This document shows, piece by piece, positions 1 through 12,520 of a DNA stretch of 64,000 nt (within the stretch, counting starts at the first letter, position 1; every line of letters begins with the position of its first letter). The position numbers and the translations under genes were made by a program. The notes under the pieces are model-generated. The model saw only the letters and a program-made list of their open reading frames with translations, did no database searches and was not told the origin of the DNA. The DNA comes from Podarcis melisellensis (lineage: Eukaryota), in assembly GCA_964234715.1 (NCBI GenBank), contig OZ174275.1; one strand, 5' to 3'.

Positions 1-849
1 TGAAGTTTCTCTTGGGGGACCTGCACAGTGGTTTATTTTGTCTGTTCAGCAGATTTTTCAGTACCACTCTTCTCCAGCCAAGGGCTGGACAAATAAGTTT
101 TGCATGAGAAATATAGTCTGTGAGTCATCCGAACCCCCTTCAATTTCTATGTTGCATTTCCAAAGAGTTGGTAAACTGGTCTGCAGTGCAAAATTAAGTA
201 GAGGAAGTGCAACTCTATAGTTTTGTATTTAGTACCACTTTATTAGCTGAAATTTTCTAACTATTAAACATTGACTTTGTGATGCAGGAGAGAAAACCAC
301 AGAGAAAACTACTGCTGTTAGGAAGCTGCCTTATATCAACACTGACCACTGGTGGCCATTTATGCATCACCAAAAAAGGAGGGTGCTTGTTTGAATATAA
401 TTTGCATATGCTTATATGCAAATTTAGAAAACGTTCCTATAATTGATATAGAAATGCAATACATTTCATCATAATGAGAGGGACTGCTTGTGTGACAGCT
501 CAGCTTGCTGTTCAGTGCTGTTGAGGGGCAAAGGCAAGGTTTCTGCTGTCCAAGGTCCAATCTCCCTTCTAATGGTTCATTTTCCTTTAAAGCCCTTCAG
601 ACTGGAGGACTATTCACAGTAAAGACATGCAGTCACTCTATTCATACAGTACTGTCTTCTGCAATGGGCAGTGGCCATCCAAATTCTCCAAGCAGAGGGG
701 TTTTCCTGCAGTGTTTCCTGAGATCTTTAAAAGCGGCATTCCCAGTGTTTGAACCTGCCCCCTGTTCTCTGCCATTCAGTAAAGCTGAAACAGCGACCCC
801 TCTCCTCTCGAATTGTCTTTTATTGATTGCAAATGTTCAAATTTTGTAA

Positions 850-1005
<156 letters not shown>

Positions 1006-4000
1006 TGACCATTCCTTAACCTTTGATGAGTGTATCCTTGAAAGGGTTTCACATACTATGGGCAGACTCATAGCTGGAACTGAGGCTGGGTGAGAATGAT
1101 ACCAGTAGGAGGAAGACATATTAACATAACTTCAAATTTCACCATATTCTTACATTATACTTTTAAGCCAGTACTACTAATCTTTTTAATGAAATGGGAC
1201 CCCATCTTACAGCCTCCATATTTAACCATGAAGGGAAATATGTGGAATTTCATCCAGGCTGGCAAAGGAGAGATGGTGTGATCTGTTTTTTCTTCACCAA
1301 CTAACTTGGCTTCCGTGCTAACAATTGGTGGAAGAAAGGGGCCTTCCTCCATGAACAGCATGGAAATGCAACAGACTGGCTATTGGCCAAGATGCAACAG
1401 ACTCTTCAGTCCCTCCTTCACCATGAAGCTGTTAGCAATCTCCTTCAGTGGGGTTGCACAAGCACTTCTGAGCTGGCTTTGCACAATGGCAGAGAGCACA
1501 AATAGCAAAGAAACAACAGTAAACAGATCCTTGTGGCTTTGTCTGAGGTGGTTTGGCCACTGTGAGGAAAAAGCTGCTGTACTAGATGGACCTTTGGTCA
1601 AATCCATTGGGATTTTTTTGTTTTTTGTTTGTTATGCGTGTGCAGTATGCAAATGTAAAATGTAAAAATGCCCTGAAAATGATTAAAAAACCCCCAAAGC
1701 TAAAGCTAAAACCAGCCTCTTTCAGAACCTATAAGTTCATGTAGAAAGGCAGCTTGGAAATTTTGAGCGAAACAATTTGTGTGCATGTGCTGAGGAAGGC
1801 TTCAGCAACGGCCTCCCTTGACTCAAAATAGCAGCCTCCCAAGGCTATCCTGTATTGTCTAACTCATTGAGGATATGATATGATGATGATTTAAACGTTG
1901 GGGCTTTATTCAGTGCATTTGCCTGGAATGTTTAATTTGCCTCACAATGTCCTGAAATGGCAGGCAACCGTGGGAGGGGGGTTGACCTTGTTGTTTGCAA
2001 GGCTTTTTCAAGTAGACGAAGACTTCAGTACTAAAGTGCCACATGCTGTGTGAATATGCAGCTACTGTGGTTATTATAAACCTTATGAACAAATGTTGAC
2101 AAAGCAGCAGGGACGTTGCAGTGCAGACAAGTAATGTGAATCTGGCAGGTGCCTGCTGTTATATATCCCAGACTTGTTTCATACAGTACTTGCAATAGTA
2201 TTTATTAAAAAAAAATCCTGCTTTTCAGTATTTAGGTCTCAAAACAGCATACAATGACAAAAATATACAAAATTTTAAAATCAGCATTAAACCCAAAAAA
2301 TGTAAATCCTCAGAAATTAAAAAAAATCAGAAGTGTAAATGCATATAATCACAATCAAAAGGGGTGAGGGATTGTTGGCTTTGCAGGCAAGGGGTGGCAT
2401 AACTGGACTCTTGAGCCCCACGGGGTGCCACAGAAAGAATGAAGTTGGTCAAGGGAGCCACAGACCCAAAAAGATTGAAAACCTCTGGACTAAGTTATTC
2501 AGGGCTTTGTACACTAGTACTAGAATTTGGCTTGTGGCAAATAGGAAGCCACTGCAGGTATTTTAACACACATATAGTATGTTGGCAGTAGCTTCTTCTC
2601 ATCATCAGTCTAGCTGCAGCTTCCAGACTAGACCCAAGGGCCCACTTCCATAAAGAGCATGTTTTAGTAATTCAGTCTTGAGGGTAATAATTTTCATGAG
2701 CCCTATGGAGACCTTTTGGCAGGGCTGGTCAGATGGGAAGGAAGAATAGTATGTGAGTTGGGAAACCAATTCTGGGGAGGGGCCCAGCAGCTTGCCAGGA
2801 GGAAGTTCAGTGACAGTGGATGCCCTGAGTGCCAAGAGAAAGGTTTTTGAACCAGGCTGTGCTCCAATCTCTTGCTAGCAAAATGCTTCCCCCCTAGGTC
2901 CGACAGTGAACTCGCACTGTTGACTTTGTCTTACAAGGATGTGATGCTGATTGTGGTGGCATGAGCAGACCCACAAGCATGCCTCCTTGCCCATTCTCAC
3001 GGTTCAGGATGGGATTTCTGTGAACGATTGTGCCCGCCCTCCTCTTCAGAAGGGTAGCTCAGGGGGCACGTCAAGTCTTGAGACAATGTCTTTGCTTACA
3101 CCTATCCATGTATCCTAGAGCTTTGCAATAATCTGCTAAGTGCGTACCTTCCAACTTGATATGTGTTTAGGTCATGTAGCAAATTCTGGAATAAAACATT
3201 TTGTAATAACCAAGCAGAGAGTCTGAGTATTACGTCCACAAGTGGGAGCCAGGACAGTCATGGAGGTGTTAGCTGGGAGAGGAACTGTATTTATTGCATG
3301 ATGGGTAGGAAGATGCAAGAATTCTGAAACACGAGCACTTCCATTTTGATCTGCAGCAAATTAGTAAGAAGACCACTATATATATTGTTCTAAACTGACG
3401 GTGTGGACAAGGTTTTGAATGAATGGGGAAAAAATGTCAGCTTCCCTCTGGTGCCAAATAGCAGCTTTTCTGTGATTATTTGCATGTTTTAAACATATTT
3501 TATGTATGTATATATAGTTTTAGTTCTGTTAGTGTTTGCTTGTTTTTTAATTATTATTTATGTTTTAGTGATTCTTGTTTTTATTTGTAAGCTGCATTGA
3601 GTACCATCAGGGGAATAAAAAGCTGGGGTATAAAAAACAAACAACCAAACAGCATGGGCTTTTGTTGATGCTGGTACTGCCCTACATTCCCAACTGTGGT
3701 CAGACCACAAGTGGCTACCCAGTCCTTCTTCTCCCTCTCCTTCTCCTCTACATGTAAAAAGGGGCACAATTCCCACTCCACAAATGGATCTTTGTGGATA
3801 ATCTTTTGCTTGATCGCCCAGGTCTCTGTATTTACTTCTGCTAGTATAAGTATAAAATAGCCCAGTTCATTGTTCATCAAGCCAGTTGCTTACGCTTAGG
3901 CTGCTATAAGCAGCAGTCTATTTCCACAACCGTGGAATTATAGTTGGGGCAACTAGAGCACCAAAGAAAGCTGATCCGGTGCAGCTAAAGAGCCTTCTGT

Positions 4001-4930
4001 ATTCAAGCTGGTATCCCAGGAAGGATGGAAATGGCTTCTGGGCTTCCACTGCAAAATGGACCGATTGTTTGCTGTGTTCCTGTGAAGACAGGCAGCTGTC
4101 TTTGATTTGCCCTGGGCTGAGAGTCTCTTTTTGTTACAGTCCATGCAGGCACATGGTCTGCTGCGAAAGTGGAAGAGATATAAACTTAGCTGTCTCTCTC
4201 ATTGCACAGCGCTGTCATCTTTTTCTTTTTCCTGAATGGGGAGGGAAGGGGGGATCTTGTTCTAAATACCTTGTATGTCCATTCAGAGAACGACAAGCGT
4301 GCTTCCTTTTTACTCTGCGAATGGCACGAGATCTCCCTCCCTCTTTGCTTAGAGGCTGACTTTGCTACGTGACACACAAGCCGAACATGACTTGTTTTTT
4401 GGCAGCGGTACTAACATTCCGGTGGTCTCAGGCCCCTCTGGAGTTTGACGAGCAGCACAACTGGGGATGGTCAGGAGGAGGAGGATTCTTCCTCCTAGGA
4501 TGATCTGCATTCAGTTACTGTCCTTTGCGCTATTTCCATCAGAATAAGCTGCTGTACAAAATCCTGCAGATAGCTGCATGCTTCCTCTTGCCACTAGAAC
4601 CCCCACCCCAAAGCAAAAGGTGTATAAATACATTTTATTAAGACCCAGCTGAAATGTCACAGAGTAGTGAGCAAGCTTCTGAGCCTCCCAGAACTTGTCT
4701 TCAGAGAAATTATTTTCAGTAAAATGGTAAAAATGGGGGCACGGGAGGAGAAAAGATGTTTCAGAGCAGGATTTTTTAAAAAGACCCACGGTCAGCAGTG
4801 TAAACAGAGTAGACAGAATATAGACTTTAGAAGACTAGATCAAGACTAGGTGCAGAGAAGATTTGTGAGAAGGTTGTGCCAAGGGCTACAGGGAAAAAGA
4901 AGCAAGAACTGTTTTTCAGAAAACATAATA

Positions 4931-5300
4931 AAGGTAAAGGTAAAGGTAAAGGTAAAGGGACCCCTGACCATTAGGTCCAGTTGTGACCGACTCTGGGGTT
5001 GCAGCACTTATTTCGCTTTATTGGCTGAGGGAGCCGGCATACAGCTTCCGGGTCATGTGGGCAGCATGACTAAGCCGCTTCTGGTGAACCAGAGCAGCAC
5101 ATGGAAACGCCGTTTACCTTTCCGCCAGAGTGGTACCTATTTATCTACTTGCACTTTGAGGTGCTTTTGAACTGCTAGGTTGGCAGGAGCAGGGACCGAG
5201 CAACGGGAGCCCACCCCGTCACGGGGATTCGAACCACCGACCTTCTGATCAGCAAGTCCTAGGCTCTCTGGTTTAACCCACAGCACCACCCGCGTCCCTT
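4931..5300 (-). mobile_element. Full-length Sauria-type SINE
   Basis: (ACCTTT)n tail reads as (aaaggt)n at 4931-4958; tRNA-like box B (ggattcgaacc) near the other end; perfect 13-bp TSD agaaaacataata at 4918-4930 and 5301-5313. Confidence 0.9.
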
Positions 5301-6241
5301 AGAAAACATAATAGCCAGTAGCTACCTGTTGCTCTTTTATAAAATTCTTGATTAATGTTCACCTCTTGTATCAGAATTGATGCAATGAAACATGAATAGT
5401 TAAGCCAAAAGAGCAGAAAACAAGCTGCTCCAAGTACAATATATTCCCAAACTGAAGTTGACAATCCATGGGCAATATTGGCTTCTCCTTATGCATTGTG
5501 GGGCGATCTAGTTTTCTATGCAACTGTGGCACTGACCCACTTGCAATTGCATGCTCAGATGTGATTGGCTCTTGATAGCTTACATAGCATTATAGTGGCA
5601 AAACATATCTGCTCTGACAGCCAATTAATACTGTTTGTGTACATGTCTAGAGTTCCTCACATCTATTAGGAACATAGATCGGTATTACTGGTTCACAGTG
5701 ATATCCCTGTATTGAAGGGAGATGGGGACACTGCATCTTGAGGCTGAGAGAGTGGCTTATAAATTCATTGCTCAAAGGCAAGCTTTGAACCAAGGACCTT
5801 CTGCTTCACAGTTCATTTTATTCAGCTATGGCACCAAATTAGCTTTCAGTTCAAAGCTCACCTTGGGCACAAGCTTAGTAGTCACATGAAAGCTGCTACT
5901 ACCTCAGTCCCATTAGCATTATGGTAAAAGCATGTACCTTAAGGAAAGCTTGCTCTTCAGCCTCCCCAGATGTTGACCTACTGCATTCCTTCAGCTTTGC
6001 ATGCAAAAGATCCCAGGTTTCATTCTGGGATCCAAGAAAGCTATTTTAAGATATATTCAATGTAAGATACCAGCATCTGATATGAATGGAGCTGAAAGAG
6101 ATGTGGATTGCCATAACTCAAGTGGTAGAGCATCTGCTTTGAATACAGAAGGTCCCAGGTTTAATCATCAGCATCTCCAGGCAGGGCTGGGAGATGAACC
6201 CTTGTCTGAATCTTTGAGAGCCACTTCCAGTCAGTGTAGAC

Positions 6242-6323
6242 CAGGGTTTCCCAAACATGGGTCTCCATCTGTTTCTGGACTACAGTCCCCATCATCCCTG
6301 GCTAGCAAGTTTGGGAAACCCTA
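6242..6323. mobile_element. Short hAT-type MITE nested in SINE
   Basis: TIRs cagggtttcccaaac / gtttgggaaacccta; 8-bp TSD gtgtagac / gtgtaaac. Confidence 0.75.
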
Positions 6324-6370
6324 GTGTAAACAATGCTGAGCTAGAGGGACCAATGGTCTGACTTTGAATA

Positions 6371-6583
6371 AAGTATTTTTCGCTCTATAAGACGCACCAG
6401 ACCGTAAGATACACCAAGTTTTTGGGGGAGGAAAACAAGAAAAAAAAATTCTGAATCCCAGAAGCCAGAACAGCAAGAGGGATCGCTGCACAGCGCAGCC
6501 TGCATTCGCTCCATATGACACACATACACTTCCCCTTACTTTTTAGGAGGGAAAAAGTGAGTCTTATAGAGCAAAAAATATGG
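6371..6583. mobile_element. Tc1/mariner-superfamily (Tc2-like) MITE, same family as 49159-49383
   Basis: TIR gtatttttcgctctataagac / gtcttatagagcaaaaaatatgg; TA on both sides; internal sequence shared with the 49159 copy. Confidence 0.8.
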
Positions 6584-7291
6584 TAGCTTCCTATGTAGCT
6601 CATAGGGTGTGTGGTGACCAGAGGCACACTGATTGTAGAATTCCCTTCAACAAACTGGCTTGGTGTCTGCTTTGCTATCTCTTAGGGACCAGACTTGAAA
6701 CTATTATCTTCTTCAGAAATACCGGTAGTTTTATTGCATAGCCTACTCTTTCCTTTCAAGAGAGCGTGTGTTTTGCATTTGTTAAGTTTGCATTGACTTT
6801 TTTAATTCTCACTGCAGACTTCTCGGGGGTGTATATTATTAAGAGTGGCACATAATGTTTATGTATTACAGTGCTTGCAAATGGATGCTTATCAAGAACT
6901 GATCCTGGTTTCGTGCATGGCAGCTGCTGATGTGACAAGCAGTTTTCTCATGCCTCTTTCTGTTACACCTGGAGCTGCTCGAAGGCTCTGCTTGTGCAGG
7001 GAGGCAACCTTGATCTGCTGGCAGGGAACAGGTGGGCTGCATATGCAGACATTCCCTGCTTGTGGGAGTGGTTGGCAGGGAAAGCATCAATGCTAAAAAT
7101 AATTCCCAGCATGTTCTTTTGACTTACAGAGAGAGTTGTGGTTGAGTTCAGAACACCAGCCAGGGTCTTCTGTGGGAGGGAGGAATGCTAGAAATGATGT
7201 TGGGCATGGACTTGTTCTGTTGGTTAGAGAAGTGAGAATATGGTTACAGCCTACTTTGGTCAAAGCAATAGCTCATCTGCTCTCCATAGGT

Positions 7292-7425
7292 CAACCTTTC
7301 CCAACTTGGTATCTCTAGAGTTTTGGACGACAACTCCCATCTTTCCTAACCGGTGGCCATGCTGGATGGAGCTGATGTGAGCCATAGTCCAGAATGTTTG
7401 GAAGGTACCAGGTTGGGGAAGGCAG
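7292..7425. mobile_element. Palindromic hAT-like MITE remnant
   Basis: Terminal inverted repeats (caacctttcccaac / gttggggaaggcag); core gacaactcccatc...gatgtgagccatagtcc shared with copies at ~8803-8933 and 37774-37901. Confidence 0.6.
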
Positions 7426-8802
7426 TTTCTTTCTCCACCCCCCTTCTAACTTTCTAATTTTGTAGTACTCATTTAGCCACAGAGACATTTGGGTGTGCAG
7501 GAATAATGAGCCTCTCTTGTGATTGAAGGGTGAAAAAGGGTTCCTTAAAGCAGCAAAGTTGCTAGCTGAAAATGTTCATATCAACTGTCTAAATAGCAAA
7601 TCTGTTCTCGGGAATCAACTGTGAGCTACTGGGATTGATTAAACAACCTTATCCATCCTGCTCCTTTCCTTTTACTATAAACACTGGGTTGGAGCACTAT
7701 GTCAGTCTGTGATGGGTGAATAATGAATGATGCTGCCGTTATTCATTCCCTGTGAGGACTTTGAGGATGTGTTGGGATTTGCTATGAAATGACAGCTAGC
7801 AATCTGAACAGGTGAACAATGTAACTGTGCAAGAGACAGGCAGTTGTGCCATTAAATGGGGCAGGATATGGGGGCAGCCATCCAGGCAGGGCCCCATTCC
7901 ACAGAAAGAGCAGGAGGGACCCTCAGTACATGACTTTCTCACTTATTTCAAAATAAGTGAAATAACATTCAATGCCACCCAAACAACCAGTAAGTCTGGA
8001 ATCTAAATTTAGTTTAAGATTACTTAACTGCACTACTTAAAAGAGGAGAATAATAGTAGGAAACGCCTCCTCAAAGCTTAGTAGCACCTGAGGCAGATGT
8101 TCTGTGAGTTTGCTCTCTTTAAAACCCCCTTTACTGAGATGAAAGAAAAATTGAAATGCAATATTATGTATGACTGTCAGACCATGGCACCCCCCACCCT
8201 TTCCCTGCATCCTCCTTTTGGAAGATCTTCAGCTGCTTTTGTGGTAGCAGAAAATCCTGCTCAACCATTTGTTAAATATAGCTGTGAAAGGGCAACCAGC
8301 ACATGACGATCCTCTATCCTTTGTGTTCTTTGGAAATAAGTTGTGAAGACAGAACCATTGGGAAAGGAGAGGTTCTGCCATATCTGAAAGGTGTTGGAAA
8401 TGCTGGTCAAGTCTGAGAATTAAAGCTGGAAAAGGATCCCTTCCAAGAAGGAGTTGCAATTCCGCATCAAACTGGGGCCCTACTTTGGCTGTCAAGTACT
8501 TGGTGGTGCTTGTAGTTGATGAAATTAAGGTTGTCGTTCTTGTTTGTCTTTCTCTGAAGTAGACTGTTGAAATAAGGGAAGACTCTCTGATTAATCAAAT
8601 GACATCATAAAAAGGCCTTAACCTGGCACGTAAGTGAAGGCTTTGTTTGGGGATAGTGTTCCATAAATGGAGCACTGCCACTAAGAAGGCCCTCTCTCTG
8701 TTTGCCACTCCCATGGTGAAAGCATAGTGAAAGGTTGATCCTAGAGATTAGGCAGGTTCACAGGGGAGAAGGCTGTTCTTCTAAGCATCCTGATCTTTGC
8801 AG

Positions 8803-8933
8803 CAGGGTTGGTGAATCTGTGGGCCTTCACTTGTACTACAAATCTCACAACCCCTGACCGTTGACCATGCTGCTTGGGGCTGACGGGAGTTGGAGTCCAA
8901 TAACATCTGGAGGACCACAGGTTCCCCACCCTT
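8803..8933. mobile_element. Palindromic hAT-like MITE remnant
   Basis: cagggttggtgaatctgtgg ... ccacaggttccccaccct inverted termini; same core motif family. Confidence 0.55.
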
Positions 8934-9058
8934 TCTTGAGAGCTTGAAAGATCAACACCAGCACTTTTGATTACTTGTGCCTGGAAAGAAACTGTTGCCT
9001 TTTATTTTATTTTGCTGCTGTGTAGCCTACTTACTGATTCCATTTACTGTCTTTTCAG

Positions 9059-9113
9059 ACAGAGGGAAGCAAGCTGCAGAAGGATCTCCGGACATACCTG
9101 GCTTCAGTAAAAG
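9059..9113 (+). CDS. BIN1: BIN1 exon 3: TEGSKLQKDLRTYLASVK(A)
   Basis: ttttcag|ACA...AAAG|gtaaca; 55 nt, phase 0-1. Confidence 0.97.
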
Positions 9114-10329
9114 GTAACACCTGGAAAAATTGCTGTGATGTCATTCTCCCCACAGAAGACAATTCTAAAAATGCTCTCAGGGCTTGTGTGAGTTTTATTC
9201 TTGGTGTCAAGAGTGGCCAGCATGGTGGGGCGATGCTGCAGAGCTGCCCTCCCACAACAGCGGAGGCACTGCTACTTATCTGGACAGTTCTGGGATGGGG
9301 GAAGGTGGAAGTGAGGTCAGGGCTGTATGGGTGCACCAGAGGGAGCACTGGATTAGGCTATGCCACTGTGCCACATGGTCCCAACCACACCGTGGCATTG
9401 ACCCCTCCCTACCCTGCTCAGGTAAGCAGCAGTGCTCTGCCCCACCACACTGGCCACCCCAGTATACCAGCAAAGAGGCACTGTCTGCATTAACAAGAGA
9501 AAACTACACATACAGAACTAAGCAGTTTCAGGAACTTTCAGTGGAGGACAGCAAATATCTGTCAGGGGCAGCTGCTACTTTGTTCTAATGTAGCATGGGA
9601 AGTTCTCATCCCCTGGGTGCATGCCACAAAAACACAATGTTCAGACAAGACTCCAGTGGTGTTTATAAATGCTGGGATCACTTGCTATCAAGGGATTTGC
9701 CCTCTGTGGCATTTCATGTGATCAGTAACCGGTAAGTGGCATCTTCTATAAGATGCACTTATTCCTTTGATACAGGATGGAGTTTAGACAAACAATCAAA
9801 ATGGAAAGCTTATCTTCTCAGTTGGTCCCTCTCTCCCCTTTCTCTTTCTAATATTTTTGTTTATATATAGGATCTCTCAATATGCTTTCTATGATTATAG
9901 AGAGGGGAGAAGGGAGAGAAAGAGAAATCCAGTCCATTGTAAAAATTGACCAAGTAAATACTTAAATGTAAATGCAAACCCTATCCCCCCTATCTATTTA
10001 TGTTTAGATCTAAAAATTGGCCACTTCCAAAAGTATTGGTTTACACATTTTTGAAACAAAAATTTATACTTCTCTCTTGGATGCCTACACTGGAGGAATA
10101 TATGTTATATTATATAATAGCTCTTGGTTTGTGTGTGTGTTGCCTCTGTGTTATACGCCCTGCTTTGCTTGGCTTGGAAACAATTCTCTTAAAGAATTGC
10201 CATGGGTTTGGGATAAGGCCTTGGTCAATAAGGAAGATTCATTTCCCCTGTTCGCTTTTTGGGTTGGGTACTTGATGGGACGCTACTGTGTCATTCAAAA
10301 TTTGGAGTCTCTTTTTTTCTATCTCCAAG

Positions 10330-10424
10330 CAATGCACGAAGCCTCCAAGAAACTGACAGAGTGTTTGCAAGAAGTGTATGAGCCAGATTGGCCGGGAAGA
10401 GATGATACTAACAAAATATCAGAG
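10330..10424 (+). CDS. BIN1: BIN1 exon 4: (A)[31 protein letters not shown]
   Basis: ctccaag|CA ATG...GAG|gtgagg; 95 nt, phase 1-0; AAG acceptor. Confidence 0.97.
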
Positions 10425-10594
10425 GTGAGGTTCTGTTCCATTAGCATCACTTATGTATTATGATCTGCATTCCCTCATTCATTCATAGGGACCATAGCTG
10501 TTGAACTGATTTTGGGGTTATAGCACAGTGACCTGGTTTGGACAACACCACTGCATCTATCAATGCATGTATCCCAGCCAATGCAGCAAAATGT

Positions 10595-10747
10595 GATGCC
10601 TGTGGATAGCTCAGTCGGTAGACTAAGTGACAATCTCAGGGTTGTGGGTTTGAACCCCACATTGGGCAAACGATTCCTGCATTGTAAAGGGTTGGATTGG
10701 ATGACCCTCGTGGTCCCTTCCAACTCTACAATTCTATGATTCTATGA
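10595..10747 (+). mobile_element. Short tRNA-derived SINE with CR1-type 3' tail
   Basis: Box A-like tagctcagtcggtaga, box B-like ggtttgaaccc; CR1-like end ggtcccttccaactct...(attctatg)2. Confidence 0.8.
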
Positions 10748-11034
10748 ATAAATCTGCTGAAGCCTCTGGCATGCACCCTGCCCCTTACCCCTTCTCCAGT
10801 GTGGCCCCAAGGAACTTGTTGGAGGCATCCTGTGTACAGGAGCGGTCAGTGAGGAGGCACTCCTGCCATTGTGCCTACACAGTATCAGCCTCTTCACCAC
10901 ATCTCCCTCCCGATAAGCAGCAGGAACTCTGCTGCTGGGAGGCTAGCTGTGCAGGAGCAGCCCTCGCCGCTGACTGCTCCCGATCTTGCTTGTCCATGAT
11001 TTATCATTAAGACTGGAAATGTTTTAGTAAACTA

Positions 11035-11276
11035 CAGTGGAACCTTGGTTCTTGAATGTAATCTGTTCCGGACGTCCGTTCGACTCCCAAAACCGTTCAG
11101 AAACCAAGGCGCGGCTTCTGATTGGCTGCAGGATCTTCCTGCACTCAAGCGGAAGTTGCATTGGACATTTGGCTTCTGAAAACCATTTGAAAACTGGAAT
11201 ACTTACTTCTGGGATTTCAGCATCCAGGAGCCAATTTGTTCGCCAACTAAGCCATTTGAGAACCAAGGTTCCACTG
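11035..11276. mobile_element. Tc1/mariner (Tigger/pogo-like) MITE
   Basis: Perfect 18-bp TIR cagtggaaccttggttct / agaaccaaggttccactg; TA TSD. Confidence 0.85.
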
Positions 11277-11958
11277 TATAGTGAAATTGACCACAACTTT
11301 CCCCTTTCAGCTATAACCAAAAACTGTTGTTAGGTTTAAGTAGGAAGTGGGTGCTTCCTCCTTGTGGCCTCACCACAGGAAGTAGGGGGGAGAGTGGAGT
11401 GGGAGGAACACATGAGCCCATGGCTTAAGCAGGCTTGTTCATATAATGTCATGTCATTGGAACCAGGCCAATGTGTTCTATGCCACACTACACCAGCCAT
11501 GTGATCTTAAATATTCTGCATTGTAACAACAAAAGCATAATGCTTCACCTTCAGCTATAGTGATGCCGCTGTTGGTGTGCATTGCCTCCCTTCTCCACTG
11601 ACTGCTTCTGGCCCCACCTGCAGCATGGCAGACAGAAATTCTGCAGACCCAGCTTTCCTTTGCTGTATGGGAGATGTAGTGACAATGAATTCTTTGCCTG
11701 TTGAATTTCAGGAGGTCTGTGTAGCATTTGAAGTTACAGGAGCTTTGTAAAAGCGAAGAAAAAGAAGAGGTTAGGCATAGTTTCCAGTGGGTTTTTTTTT
11801 TAACATGCACATCTCTTTAGAAAGTAGATATCAACATAACAAACATATCTGAGACATGTATGAGACATGTATCTTACAGGTACTCCTATCAGTGTTTTGA
11901 GAAACAATGGCAGCTCATTTCTAAGCCTGGGTTTGCCCTCCAGACAAATGTGTGAAAT

Positions 11959-12124
11959 CAGTGGCGTAGCGTGGGAGGTGCAGGGGGGGCCGGCCACACC
12001 GGGCGCAACATCTGGGGGGGGCGCGCTCGCACTCGCAGCTCTCTGCCCCTACTAAAATCCACGGGTTAGGGGGTGCAAATTACTTGCCTTGCCCTGGGTG
12101 CTGACAACCCACGCTACGCCACTG
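11959..12124. mobile_element. Young 166-bp hAT MITE
   Basis: TIR cagtggcgtagcgtg / cacgctacgccactg; perfect 8-bp TSD tgtgaaat; CpG-rich. Confidence 0.9.
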
Positions 12125-12211
12125 TGTGAAATCATCCACAAAAAAGCATAGTGTTGCCATGTTTTGCACTGTAGCTGCTGATAGATTACATGTTTCCTTA
12201 TATTCTTCTAG

Positions 12212-12520
<309 letters not shown>

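Larger units (their letters stand above)
6105..6596 (+). mobile_element. tRNA-derived squamate SINE interrupted by two nested MITEs
   Basis: tRNA-like head (actcaagtggtagagcatctg...ggtcccaggttt); body resumes after each insertion and ends in cttcctatgt. Related copies at ~23660-23762 (-) and ~51699-51845 (+). Confidence 0.7.

Noticed and set aside
10595-10665. tRNA gene
   Set aside because: The A/B boxes run into a CR1-type tail and the cloverleaf is incomplete; this is a SINE head.
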